From NCBI GenBank assembly GCA_009693045.1, contig SHXZ01000003.1:128958-192957 (forward strand): a stretch of 64,000 bases of DNA. Reading direction: 5' to 3'. A program made the translations under genes and the position numbers. This document shows, in pieces, positions 9,725 to 19,532 of this stretch. Position 1 is the stretch's first letter. The number at the start of each line of letters is the position of its first letter. The notes under the pieces were generated by a model. The model ran no database searches. It was not told where the DNA came from and was given only the letters and a program-made list of their open reading frames with translations. Source of the DNA: Dehalococcoidia bacterium (GTDB taxonomy: Bacteria > Chloroflexota > Dehalococcoidia > Lucifugimonadales > SHYT01).

Positions 9725-10231
9725 ATGTTGCAGATATCGTTTTCTGGAGTCGTCTATAACCAGCCCGAGACGCCACAGGCTATCCGCAGGGCCATTGTGC
9801 TGCTGGAGGACCGCCTTCGGGAGTTGGAGGGCCAGGCGCCGCCCGCGTCTCGCACGAACGGCAGGGCAAACCGACTTCCGCCCCCGCAAGAAGAGCCCGC
9901 TTCCGGAAAGCCTCTGACCATCGCCAGAGCCCAAATATACGACGCGAAGCTGAACGGTGAACGCGGGAACAGCGGCGAGGCGTCACAACCAGTCCGCAGG
10001 CCGGTTGAGAACAATGAGCGAGTTGGCAAACGGTGGTTTGTTGACCGGTGGCCTCGGATCGCCCAACCCAGCGGGAACGTCGAGGTCGTCCGCACGCTGG
10101 AGGCACTCAACGCCTTCCTCAAGAGCAACGGCCTGGAGCCCCACCGGCGCGGAGACGCCTCCATGCTGCTGTGGCAGGTGAGAGAGCGATTGCACTTTCC
10201 GGTGGAGGCGGTACCCAGACCCGGCGAATGA
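9725..10231 (+). CDS. hypothetical protein
   Basis: AGGAG RBS before ATG 9725; AT-rich promoter-like region upstream; no family recognised. Confidence 0.55.
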   Translation: MLQISFSGVVYNQPETPQAIRRAIVLLEDRLRELEGQAPPASRTNGRANRLPPPQEEPASGKPLTIARAQIYDAKLNGERGNSGEASQPVRRPVENNERVGKRWFVDRWPRIAQPSGNVEVVRTLEALNAFLKSNGLEPHRRGDASMLLWQVRERLHFPVEAVPRPGE

Positions 10232-10266
10232 CCCAAGCCGCGTTTCGTCTGCGCGACGAGCGACAA

Positions 10267-10295
10267 GTAGGGGCGGGTTTGAAACCCGCCCCTAC
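10267..10295. repeat. GTAG-type REP palindrome
   Basis: GTAGGGGCGGGTTTGAAACCCGCCCCTAC; near-identical copy at 51555. Confidence 0.85.
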
Positions 10296-10331
10296 GTTTT
10301 GCGTACCACGCCCCTGAGATCGCGCCTTCGC

Positions 10332-11372
10332 TTACGGTCTGAGCAGCACTTTCATCACGCCCGGCTCGCGGTTGGCGAACATGTGGTAGCCGTGCGCGCC
10401 TTCTGACAGCGGCAGGCGGTGCGTGATGATCTGCGACGGCTTGGCCTTGCCCTGCCGGATGAGGTTGATGAGCCGTGGCATGAGCCGCTTGGCGGGGCAC
10501 AGGCCGATCTTGAACGTGAGGTCCGCGCTGAACGCCGTGCGGATTGGGAACGCGTAGGCTTCCTCGGTGGGCAGGCCAACCATGGACACGGTGCCTCCAA
10601 CGCGCACCAGAGGGATGGCCGCCAGCAGGGCCGAGCCGTCCATGCCGATGGCCTCCAGCGCCACGTCCGCGCCACGCCCCCCTGTCTCGGCAAGCACGCG
10701 CTCCTTGAGGTTGACCTGCGTGTCGTTGAGCGGCACGGCGCCGAGCTGGCGCGCCATCTCCAAGCGGAAGGGCACACGGTCCACCGCGAGCACCAGCGCC
10801 GCGCCGTGGAGCAACGCGGACATCTGCGCCATGAGGCCCACCGGCCCGCATCCCATCACTACAACAATGTCGCCAGGCTTGACGCCGCCGTTCTCCGCGC
10901 AGAAGAAGCCCGTTGGGAAAATGTCCGTGAGAAAGATGGCGTCGTCGTCACTTATGCCATCCGGGATGAGGTCCAACCCGACGTCCGCGAAGGGCACGCG
11001 GACGAACTCGGCCTGACTGCCGGGCAGGTCCTTGCTCCCGAACGCCGCCGTCACGGTGGTGCAACGGCTGTGCTGGTCGTGGAGGCAGGCCCAGCACTGG
11101 CCACAGGCGGGCCGCCAGGGAACAAAGACGCGCTGGCCCTTCTTGAACCTGGTGACGCCTCTCCCGACGTCTTCCACCACGCCCACGCCCTCGTGCCCCA
11201 GCACCGCGCCCGCCAGGTTCGGCGTCTCCCGGTGATAGCTGTGGAGGTTGGAGCCACAGATGGCGGCGGTGGTAATGCGCACGAGGGCGTCTGTGGGCGC
11301 GACGAGCTTGGGGTCGGGGACGGTCTCAACGGCGACATGCTCCACGCCGCGGTACACAACGGCTTTCATCAC
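10332..11372 (-). CDS. zinc-dependent alcohol dehydrogenase family protein
   Basis: ICGS, GHEGVG, CGQCWAC, TDIFPTG, GCGPVG. Confidence 0.92.
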   Translation of the reverse strand: MMKAVVYRGVEHVAVETVPDPKLVAPTDALVRITTAAICGSNLHSYHRETPNLAGAVLGHEGVGVVEDVGRGVTRFKKGQRVFVPWRPACGQCWACLHDQHSRCTTVTAAFGSKDLPGSQAEFVRVPFADVGLDLIPDGISDDDAIFLTDIFPTGFFCAENGGVKPGDIVVVMGCGPVGLMAQMSALLHGAALVLAVDRVPFRLEMARQLGAVPLNDTQVNLKERVLAETGGRGADVALEAIGMDGSALLAAIPLVRVGGTVSMVGLPTEEAYAFPIRTAFSADLTFKIGLCPAKRLMPRLINLIRQGKAKPSQIITHRLPLSEGAHGYHMFANREPGVMKVLLRP

Positions 11373-11520
11373 CTGCTCCTTATGCGTCCTGGACGAGATG
11401 ATACCACGGGCCGACTTTGGTGAGCTTGCCAGGCGCGGCGGCGGCAGGGCGAGCGCACGGCGCGGCGCCGGTGTTACGTCCTCGGTTGGCGCTGATCAGA
11501 CCCGTAGCGGCGGTACCTCC

Positions 11521-12438
11521 TTACGGCGCAGGCGGCGCAGCAGGCGGGGGTAGCTCCAATGGCGCGGAGGGTAGCGGACCCAGGTCACGCACAAAGCGGT
11601 AGCCGCACATGGAGCAGTACTGCGTCCCTGACTTGACGGATGCGGAGCAATTGCCGCATATGGGCGCCGCCCGCGCATCGCCGAGCGGGGCGCTGCAGCG
11701 GGTGCAGAAGTTGTCCGAAGCCGGAGCTCTGCTCGTGCAGCGCGGACACAGGACGACGAGGGTTGCGAGCTTGCCTTTGAGCGGCGATGCTTCCTGAGCG
11801 CGCCGCATCATGCGCCACAGCCAAGCCGCGCCGAGTACGAGAAGGAGCACGGAGAACACCGCGGGCCAGGACTCGGTGAACAGGAAGAAGTTGAACGCCC
11901 CGTGCAAGGCCATGGCGGCGGCGAGCCCCACCGCGACACCGAGCCATGAAGCCCTGCCAACACCGCGGTTCCCGAGCGGGTATGCCCAAAGCCCTGCGAA
12001 CACGACGTGGGCCAGCGTTGAAATCGGGCCGCGCACCAGAATGATCCACCACCCGAACTGTGCCATGTAGAAAGCGTTTTCGACGGAAGCGAAGCCGAGC
12101 GCCGCAGCCGCGCCGTAGATTATGCCGTCCAGCGGCTCGTCAAAGAAGCGGTACACGGAGCGGCGCACGACCAGGAACTTGAGCCCCTCTTCCACCGGCC
12201 CTACGACCAAGAAAGCAACGACCGTGGCCGAGGTGAGATCCGGCAGGTCAACCAGCGCGGTCGGCAGGAGGAGCAGCGCCTCGAGAATCCCCGCCGGGAC
12301 GGTGATAAGCATGCCCAGCACGAAGGTGCGGATGATGAGACGTCTCGGCTCCGGGTGGTAGATGCCGCGCCGGTAGAAGTACCACAGCCAGAAGATGCCG
12401 GGGGCGAAGGCCAGCGGGAGGATGACGAGGGCGGACAT
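11521..12438 (-). CDS. PrsW-family intramembrane protease with C-terminal double zinc ribbon
   Basis: PEP motif, GPVEEGLK, LGFASVEN, TLAH, LHGAFN; four CxxC at the C-terminus. Confidence 0.88.
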   Translation of the reverse strand: MSALVILPLAFAPGIFWLWYFYRRGIYHPEPRRLIIRTFVLGMLITVPAGILEALLLLPTALVDLPDLTSATVVAFLVVGPVEEGLKFLVVRRSVYRFFDEPLDGIIYGAAAALGFASVENAFYMAQFGWWIILVRGPISTLAHVVFAGLWAYPLGNRGVGRASWLGVAVGLAAAMALHGAFNFFLFTESWPAVFSVLLLVLGAAWLWRMMRRAQEASPLKGKLATLVVLCPRCTSRAPASDNFCTRCSAPLGDARAAPICGNCSASVKSGTQYCSMCGYRFVRDLGPLPSAPLELPPPAAPPAP

Positions 12439-12454
12439 GGCGGTACGTCCAGGC

Positions 12455-13231
12455 CTAGCGGACGCGGATCACGCGGGTGCCGGCGAGCAGGTCGTGCCAG
12501 CCGCGCCTTTGCTTGCTCACGCCAAGCCAGATAACGAAGACGATGGCTGTGAGCAGCCCGCTGTAGATGAGGAGCGACGACGGGCTACCTAGCACCTCCC
12601 ATACGGCCTCGGGCCTATCCCCAAGACCGACGAAGCTTTCCGGATCAATGAGCAGGACGCCGATGGTTGACGGCAGGAACACGGCGCTCAGCGCAAGGTA
12701 ACGGCACAGCGCACGCGGTAGAGAGACGCGCGTGCCGTCCTTGCGGACGATGCGCAGTCCCAGCGCCCACTTCCCCAGCGAGGCGCCTCGGGTCCCCACG
12801 CTCACGGTGAAGTAGAACACCGTCCCCACCTGGGAAGCCAGGTTGGTCAAGACCTGGTTGCCTTCGGTCATGGCCCCGGTGGCGACGGCGGCGGCCGTTC
12901 CAACGCCCACCGCCACGGCGAGCAGGATGACGTCCAACAGGTACGCGCCAAGCCGGATCCAGAGCCCTGCCGGCCTCAGCTGCACGCTGCTCACCAGAGG
13001 CGTCTCGGCCAAGTCCCAGCCGCAGTAATGGCAGAAGCGAACGGATGCGTCATTGGCCATCCCGCAGCGGTCGCACCGCTTGGTCAGGCCTTGCAGCACC
13101 AGAGCGGCCTGAGCCACCGCGTCGCCTTGCGATTCCTCGGGGGCTGGCGCGGTCAGCGCGGCACCGCAACGCACGCAAAAGCGAGCGTCGTCGGGACCCA
13201 GGTAACCGCAGGCAACACACGGCGCAGACAT
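12455..13231 (-). CDS. RDD-family membrane protein with N-terminal zinc ribbons
   Basis: CxxC x4; AGLWIRLGAYLLD, GASLGKWALGLRIV, RRGWHDLLAGTRV. Confidence 0.88.
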   Translation of the reverse strand: MSAPCVACGYLGPDDARFCVRCGAALTAPAPEESQGDAVAQAALVLQGLTKRCDRCGMANDASVRFCHYCGWDLAETPLVSSVQLRPAGLWIRLGAYLLDVILLAVAVGVGTAAAVATGAMTEGNQVLTNLASQVGTVFYFTVSVGTRGASLGKWALGLRIVRKDGTRVSLPRALCRYLALSAVFLPSTIGVLLIDPESFVGLGDRPEAVWEVLGSPSSLLIYSGLLTAIVFVIWLGVSKQRRGWHDLLAGTRVIRVR

Positions 13232-13405
13232 GAGGCTAGCATACGCAACACGAGTGGGGACAACAAGGTGCGCCGGCAAGCAGGCGCCTTTGCCCACTTG
13301 GAGTGATTCAGACGCAGACCATTGTTCCCAGCTGAGCGGGAAGAAACGTCAACGAGCAGCTAAGGTCTAACTCTCTAGCGCCTTACGGTGCGCGCAGCGG
13401 GCCGC

Positions 13406-13771
13406 TTAATCGCCGGGAGCGCGGCCGCGGGCAGCCGGCTTGGCTGCGGCAGCGCGAAGAGTGCGGTAGTCCTCGTTTATTCTCACCTGACAGTACGTTG
13501 TGGTGAACTGGTTGACGAAGTAGGGCTGAAGCGGCAGAAGTATCTCCTTCTTGAAGAAGTCACTGTTTTCGTACGCGCGCATGTTGGTCTCGTTGTCCCA
13601 GAGGGAGACCGCGATGCCTGAGTTCGGATCGCCGACATCTTCGGCGAACCAGCGGGCAAGCAGGCCCTTGACGCCGCGCCGCTTGGTCTTCGCGACGTTC
13701 GCCTTGTAGGCGCGTTCATAGTCGGGCAAGGTGCCGGGCTTGATCTTACCGATGCTCAGCCGCAGGATCAT
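13406..13771 (-). CDS. antibiotic biosynthesis monooxygenase (ABM)-like protein
   Basis: GKIKPG...GIAVSLWDNETNMRAYE; GGAGG RBS. Confidence 0.75.
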   Translation of the reverse strand: MILRLSIGKIKPGTLPDYERAYKANVAKTKRRGVKGLLARWFAEDVGDPNSGIAVSLWDNETNMRAYENSDFFKKEILLPLQPYFVNQFTTTYCQVRINEDYRTLRAAAAKPAARGRAPGD

Positions 13772-13968
13772 CGCCCACCTCCTTAATGCCGTGCATCATC
13801 ATAAAGCGGTGTTGAATTGCGAGAGAAGTACGCTAAGCATGTGCGTACGAGGTTATATTAGCTTTGTTTCGTTGAAGATGAGGATATTTGCGCCGAAGTG
13901 GCGAAGTCAGGCGAAAGGGGGTGGAAGAAGCTGGATGGCTAAGACGCAGGTCGGCCGCAGAGGAGCCG

Positions 13969-15840
13969 CTACAGCTGCTCTTTGAGCTTCTGCGCCAGGT
14001 CGCGGGTGACGCCGGGGACGGTGGTGAGGTCTTCCAATGAGGCGCTCTTGACGCCCTGCACGGTGCCGAACCGCGTTAGCAGGAACCGCCGCCGCGCGGG
14101 GCCGATGCCCTTCACCTCGTCCAGCGCGGAGCGGGTCTGGCGCTTGGAGCGCCGCTCCCGATGGAAGGTGATGGCGAAGCGGTGCGCCTCGTCGCGAGCG
14201 CGCTGGACGAGGAACCGCGCGGGCGAGTTGCGCGGCAGGCGGATGGACTCGGGGACGTTGGGCAGGAACAGCTCCTCCTCCTGCTTGGCGAGCGAGGCAA
14301 GCGGCACGCGCTCCGTACTGATGCCCAGCTCCAGGAAGACCTGGAGGACCGCGCTCAGGTGGCCGCGTCCGCCGTCAATGAGCACCAGGTCGGGGACTTC
14401 GGTCCACTTGCCGCCGGGCTGCGCCGCGCCGTCGCCTTCCTGCCCGCCGATGCCGAGGACCGGCAGGAGGTATTTTAGACGGCGGCGGAGCATCTCCTGC
14501 ATCATGCTGTAGTCGTCCACGCCCTCCACGGACTTGATCTTGAAGCGGCGGTACGACGACGGCTGGGGCCGCGCGTCCTGGCAGACCACCATGCTGCCTA
14601 CGGAGTCGCTGCCCTGGATGTTGGAGATGTCGTAGCACTCAACGCGGCGCGGCGGCCTTGGGAGGCTGAGGGCGTCCTGCAGCTCGCGGACGGCGCGCTC
14701 TTGCGCCTCCTGCCCGGCGTGGAGCTTAACACTGGCGGCGCGCTGGCGCTGGACGGCGTTCTCGGCGACGAGTTGGACGAGGCGGCGGCGCTCGCCCCGG
14801 CGCGGCACGTGGATGCTCACGCGGCCGTTGCGGCACTTCGCCAGCCACTCCGCGACCAACGCCTGGTCCTCCAGCGGGTGCTCCACCAGCACCTCCGGCG
14901 GGATGAACGAGGCGCGATCGTAGAACTGGCGCACGAATCCCTCCAGGACGCGGCCCGGCGGTTCCTCCTCCGTGCCGTCCATGGTGAAGTGGTCGCGGCC
15001 GGTGAGCTTGCCGCCTCGGATGAAGAACACCTCCACCCACGCCTCGTCGCCCGCGCGCGCCATCGCCACCACGTCCATGTCCTCGCGGCGCAGCGAGACG
15101 ACCTTCTGCTCCTCCGTAACGCCCTGGATGGCCTTGATCTGGTCGCGGAGCAGGGCGGCGCGCTCGTAGCGCAGCTCCTCGGCGGCGCGCTCCATCTGCT
15201 CGTTCAGCCGCGTCAGGACCGGCTCCGTCTTGCCGTCCAGGAAGAGGAGCACCTGGTTGATGACCTCGCGGTACTCCTCCTTGGAGGCGTAGCCGGTGCA
15301 CGGCGCAACGCAGCGGCCGATGAAGTACTCCAGGCAGGGGCGCGCGTCCGTACCGGTGATGACCTTGGTGCACGAGCGGTAAGGGAAGAGTTTTTTTAGC
15401 AGGTCCAGGGTCTGGCGGACAGAGCCCGCGCTGGCGAACGGGCCGAAGTACCGCGCGCCGTCGTTCTCCACGCGTCGGGTGAAATAGACGAGCGGGAAAT
15501 CTTCCTTCAGGTCAATCTTGATGTAGGGGTAGGTCTTGTCGTCGCGCAGCCGCGTGTTGTAGGGCGGCTTGTGGTGCTTGATGAGCGTGTTCTCAAGGAT
15601 GAGCGCCTCGCTGACGGAGTCGGTGACGAGCCACTCAAAGTCGGCGGCGCGGCGCACCATGCGCTGGATCTTGTAGGGGAGGTTCTCCTGCTTGCCGAAG
15701 TAGTTGCGCAGGCGGTTGGGCAGCACCGCCGCCTTGCCGACGTACAGGACTTTCCCCTTGGCGTCTTTGAATAGGTAGACGCCTGGGGACTGTGGCGCGG
15801 CCTTGAGCCGCTCGGCGATGGCGCTGTCACGCGGATCCAT
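13969..15840 (-). CDS. uvrC: excinuclease ABC subunit C
   Basis: PGVYLFKD..YVGKA GIY-YIG, ECYDISN, PDLVLIDGG, RDEAHRFA, HhH. Confidence 0.97.
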   Translation of the reverse strand: MDPRDSAIAERLKAAPQSPGVYLFKDAKGKVLYVGKAAVLPNRLRNYFGKQENLPYKIQRMVRRAADFEWLVTDSVSEALILENTLIKHHKPPYNTRLRDDKTYPYIKIDLKEDFPLVYFTRRVENDGARYFGPFASAGSVRQTLDLLKKLFPYRSCTKVITGTDARPCLEYFIGRCVAPCTGYASKEEYREVINQVLLFLDGKTEPVLTRLNEQMERAAEELRYERAALLRDQIKAIQGVTEEQKVVSLRREDMDVVAMARAGDEAWVEVFFIRGGKLTGRDHFTMDGTEEEPPGRVLEGFVRQFYDRASFIPPEVLVEHPLEDQALVAEWLAKCRNGRVSIHVPRRGERRRLVQLVAENAVQRQRAASVKLHAGQEAQERAVRELQDALSLPRPPRRVECYDISNIQGSDSVGSMVVCQDARPQPSSYRRFKIKSVEGVDDYSMMQEMLRRRLKYLLPVLGIGGQEGDGAAQPGGKWTEVPDLVLIDGGRGHLSAVLQVFLELGISTERVPLASLAKQEEELFLPNVPESIRLPRNSPARFLVQRARDEAHRFAITFHRERRSKRQTRSALDEVKGIGPARRRFLLTRFGTVQGVKSASLEDLTTVPGVTRDLAQKLKEQL

Positions 15841-15954
15841 GAGTGTATGGTAGCACGGATGTCTTGGACGTTTATTGACTGTTCGTAAGAGTCGCGCGAT
15901 GTGAAGACTTGATTCGTTGACTACCACAGAGAACCCGGGGATAGGCGAAGGCCG

Positions 15955-16683
15955 TCAGCAAAAGTCCTGGGTAATAAAGACTTTTTGGTCTGCAGAAATG
16001 GCTACCCCTGTACCAACCCTATCATACGTGTTGTCAAGAATGTTTCCCCGATGTCCCTGGCTATTCATCCATCCCTGTGCTGTAGAGGCCGCGATTTCCT
16101 CAGCAGAGCTGTAGTTCTTAATAGGCACTGGGCCGACGTACGTCACGGACGAGTAAAGCCAGTTCTGAAAAATGTTCTCGGCTACGCCTACTTGATAATA
16201 AGACCCGAAATTCTTTCGACAAGTGTATCCAATTCGCGCTGCGCGTTCGGTTGGCCCCTGTCCTCGCTGATCTTCATGCGCAAAGTAGCTAAGATCGGCC
16301 ATGTCTTGACTGTGACCTCGGGCAGCAAGAGAGAGTTGGTCATCTGTAGCGAGCGGCCTCATCCCGCGTTTCTGGCGTTCCTGATTCACTAGATCATGAA
16401 CGAAGCGTTCGATGGCCGTGGCCCCTATTTTAGGAGCAGCCAAGACTTTGTCATCTCGCGCTGTCGTTCTTACTGGGTTGTTAGTTCTCACGGTGTCGGG
16501 AGGAGATGCTGACTGTCCAACTTTGGTCGACGGCGTTTGGCTCCTTAGGCCGGAAACAAATTTCTCTACGCTGGATTGCCACGTAGCTACTCGCTGCTGG
16601 GCTTGAATAGGCAGGAGGGAGATGATGAGCAGACCACAGCAACCACCGAAAGCTATGATGAGAATACGACGAAGAATGGTCAT
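15955..16683 (-). CDS. CAP (SCP-like) domain secreted protein
   Basis: N-terminal TM; LVNQER, AARGHSQDMA, AENI, WMNSQGHRGNIL; lower GC than flanks. Confidence 0.88.
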   Translation of the reverse strand: MTILRRILIIAFGGCCGLLIISLLPIQAQQRVATWQSSVEKFVSGLRSQTPSTKVGQSASPPDTVRTNNPVRTTARDDKVLAAPKIGATAIERFVHDLVNQERQKRGMRPLATDDQLSLAARGHSQDMADLSYFAHEDQRGQGPTERAARIGYTCRKNFGSYYQVGVAENIFQNWLYSSVTYVGPVPIKNYSSAEEIAASTAQGWMNSQGHRGNILDNTYDRVGTGVAISADQKVFITQDFC

Positions 16684-17097
16684 CGTCGGTTGTGGGTCCA
16701 CGGTGCAAGATTTCCAACTTGCTGCTGAACGTTTTGCACTCAGAATTTGTGTCGTTTAGGGAGTAGAGGATAAACAACAAAGACGACTAGCGCCGCGCCG
16801 ACGACCATTAAGGTAAGAACACTGCGAATGGTGCGTGAGGAAGTTCGGACGTTGCCTGAACGTGAAGCCGACGAGCCCCTTTGGAGTGGACTTTGCTTTC
16901 CCCGGTCTTCTGGATACCACCACGGGCGACTAGGCATCAAATACCTCACAAGAGCGTTAGAATCCCCCCTTGTCTGGCTCAAAACATATAGGGCTTAAGC
17001 AGCCTATGCAATACCTTTGATTGCGTTGCTTGCCCTCAGAGACTATAGATGAATGAGCTCTCCATAGCCAAGTCCACCACCACGTTGAGAGGGAAGC

Positions 17098-17604
17098 ATG
17101 GACCAACAACTCGTTCACCCGCTTGTGACCCAAGCCCTGCAACAGTTCGGCATCCGGCACGAGGTCGTCCCCGTGGACCCGGAGTACGCGGACACGGCGC
17201 AGTTCTGCGCCCGCTACGGCTTCCCGTTGGAGACCAGCGGCAACGCCATCATCGTCACCTCCACGCGCGGACCGAAGCAGTTCGTCGCGTGTGTGGTGGC
17301 GGCGACGATGCGGCTGGACGTGAACCACGCGGTGCGGCGGCTCATGGGCGCGTCGCGGGCGTCGTTCGCGTCGCCGGAAGAGACGGTGGAGCTGACCGGC
17401 ATGGCCATCGGCGGCGTGACGCCCCTTGGCCTGCCGCCAAGCCTCCCGATCTACGTGGACGAGACGATTCGGGGGCTGGAGTACGTGATGCTCGGTTCCG
17501 GGACGCGCCGCTCCAAGATCAAGACGTGGCCGGAGGAGCTGGCGAAGGTGCCCAGCGTGACGTTCGTGCAGGGCATTGGGATGGCGAGCACGGGGCGGGT
17601 GTAG
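17098..17604 (+). CDS. YbaK/EbsC family (aminoacyl-tRNA editing-like) protein
   Basis: ADTAQFCARYG, ASFAS, LTGMAIGGVTPLGLP. Confidence 0.85.
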   Translation: MDQQLVHPLVTQALQQFGIRHEVVPVDPEYADTAQFCARYGFPLETSGNAIIVTSTRGPKQFVACVVAATMRLDVNHAVRRLMGASRASFASPEETVELTGMAIGGVTPLGLPPSLPIYVDETIRGLEYVMLGSGTRRSKIKTWPEELAKVPSVTFVQGIGMASTGRV

Positions 17605-17633
17605 AGCGGGCACGTGGGTGCAGCATCACAAAC

Positions 17634-17741
17634 GTAGGGGCGCATGGCCGTGCGCCCCTACGGAACGGCGAGATCTGATTGCCGCTGGAAGAACCTACGC
17701 CTGGCGAAATGCGTTGGGGACGAGACATGCTTCGCCCCTAC
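17634..17741. repeat. pair of GTAG-type REP palindromes
   Basis: GTAGGGGCGCATGGCCGTGCGCCCCTAC (17634) and a degenerate copy at 17713. Confidence 0.8.
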
Positions 17742-17751
17742 TGTGCAGCGC

Positions 17752-19065
17752 CTAGCGTGTTGCGGCCAGCGGTCTTTCCTCGTACCGCCCCGGGCTGGAC
17801 TCCCGCAGGCGGAGGACGAGGACCACGGGCGGCACGGAGATGGCCACAGCCAGCACGCCAATGGCGACGAGGCCCACGTACTGCGCCAGGAACCCGCCCA
17901 CCAGCGGCAGGACGATGCCGGACGCGGCGCTGAACGTGTCGTTGGCGCCGATGGCGCGGCCACGCTCCTGCGGGCCCGTCGTGTCCACAATCAGCGCGGA
18001 CGAGGCGACATTGACGCACGACCATCCCAGGCCGACCAGGAAAATGCCAGCAGTGATCACCCAGTAGATGGCCGTAACCGGCATGAGGATGCCGCCTGCC
18101 GCGCCGATGAGCAGCCCTGCGAGCAAGACCGGGCGGCGCCCGATGCGGTCACACAACCGTCCCAGGGGGAGAGAGAAGCCGAACATGCCGACGACATGGA
18201 TGGTGACGGCGATGGAGATGGCGCCCAGCCCGTGGCCATGGCGTGAGAGAACGAGAGGGGTCATCGCCATGAGCATGCCCATGGTGCCCTGAACAGCGAA
18301 CATGGAGGTGAACGCGGACAGCTTGGGGTAGTGCCGCACGTAGGTGAAGAAGCCGCCCGTCGCCTGTCCGGGAGCCGGTGGCGGCGGAGTCGGCACGTTC
18401 TCGCCAGGATAGTACTGCGCCAGGTTGGCGGCGATCTCCTTGGGGTCGGGGCGGACCTGGAGGACGAGGAACAGGCCGGGCAAAATGAACGCGGGGACCA
18501 GGATCCAGGCGAGGGCGGTGGCATCTATCCCAGCGCTCCTCGATAAGCTCTGGGCGGCTTTGATGAGCACCGGGCCTCCAAGAGCGCCCACGAGGGAGCC
18601 GGTGAGCACCATCCCCAGGCCGTAGCCGCGGAGGCGCGTTGGATACATGTCGGCGGCGGCGACGCGGAGCTGCTGCGCTGCACCAACGCCCATGCCAAAG
18701 ATGAGCATGCCGACAAGAAAGAGCACGAATGACGAGAGCATGACGGACAGGCCGGTGACGACCGCGCCCGCCATGCCGACGATGAGGCCCGCCACCACGC
18801 CGGCCTTCCTGCCGTACGTGTCGGTGATCTTGCCGACGGGATAGGCGACGATGAACCGGCTGACGCCCAGGATGCTGGTGCCCACGCCCGCGAAGCTGGC
18901 GCTGCCCAGCAGTTTGACGACGATGATGGCCCCCAGCGTGGGGATCATCTGGTTGCCGGTGCCCACGAAGGCCTGGGACGCGGCCAAAAGCAGGGTGTTC
19001 CTTCGGATGACCGCAGGGATGGCTGCCAGGCGCTTTGCCGGGGCGCTCGTGGGCGTTCTGGCCAT
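17752..19065 (-). CDS. MFS transporter
   Basis: GKITDTYGRK and GRLCDRIGRR motifs; 12 TM. Confidence 0.9.
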   Translation of the reverse strand: MARTPTSAPAKRLAAIPAVIRRNTLLLAASQAFVGTGNQMIPTLGAIIVVKLLGSASFAGVGTSILGVSRFIVAYPVGKITDTYGRKAGVVAGLIVGMAGAVVTGLSVMLSSFVLFLVGMLIFGMGVGAAQQLRVAAADMYPTRLRGYGLGMVLTGSLVGALGGPVLIKAAQSLSRSAGIDATALAWILVPAFILPGLFLVLQVRPDPKEIAANLAQYYPGENVPTPPPPAPGQATGGFFTYVRHYPKLSAFTSMFAVQGTMGMLMAMTPLVLSRHGHGLGAISIAVTIHVVGMFGFSLPLGRLCDRIGRRPVLLAGLLIGAAGGILMPVTAIYWVITAGIFLVGLGWSCVNVASSALIVDTTGPQERGRAIGANDTFSAASGIVLPLVGGFLAQYVGLVAIGVLAVAISVPPVVLVLRLRESSPGRYEERPLAATR

Positions 19066-19188
19066 GATTCTACTTCCTTATCGGACGGGCGGACGCGCCA
19101 ACCGAATTGGCCGTGCCCCACCGGACGACTCAAGACATTGAAAACTTCCCAACGGGTACCGGACGCCAGGGAAGCTCTCCGGTCATAT

Positions 19189-19530
19189 TCAGCGGAGCAC
19201 GAAATAGAGCACGACAAGAATGATGGCGATGACGCCCGTCACCAGTCCGATCCTGCGCATCTCAGACACCACCTGGGGCATGGTGGCAGTGGTTTGTTCC
19301 ACACGCGCGGTGCGCGTTACCCGCTGCGGAGCGGGCCCCGGTCTCTGCGTAGCCGGAACTAGACGGACCGCTGTGGCGGCGCCTGCGCTCGGAGGCGGTG
19401 GGGTGGACGGGGTCGTCACGTCTTCTTGGGCTGAAGCTGGCGGAGCGTCCACCTGGGCTTCCGCGGCCTGGCGTTGCTTCATAAGACGCCGCTCACGGCG
19501 CGTGCGTGGTTGGCGTGGTTGGTGGGCCAT
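19189..19530 (-). CDS. small membrane-anchored hypothetical protein
   Basis: basic/Pro-rich N-terminus, C-terminal TM (VSEMRRIGLVTGVIAIILVVLYFVL). Confidence 0.75.
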   Translation of the reverse strand: MAHQPRQPRTRRERRLMKQRQAAEAQVDAPPASAQEDVTTPSTPPPPSAGAATAVRLVPATQRPGPAPQRVTRTARVEQTTATMPQVVSEMRRIGLVTGVIAIILVVLYFVLR

Positions 19531-19532
19531 CG

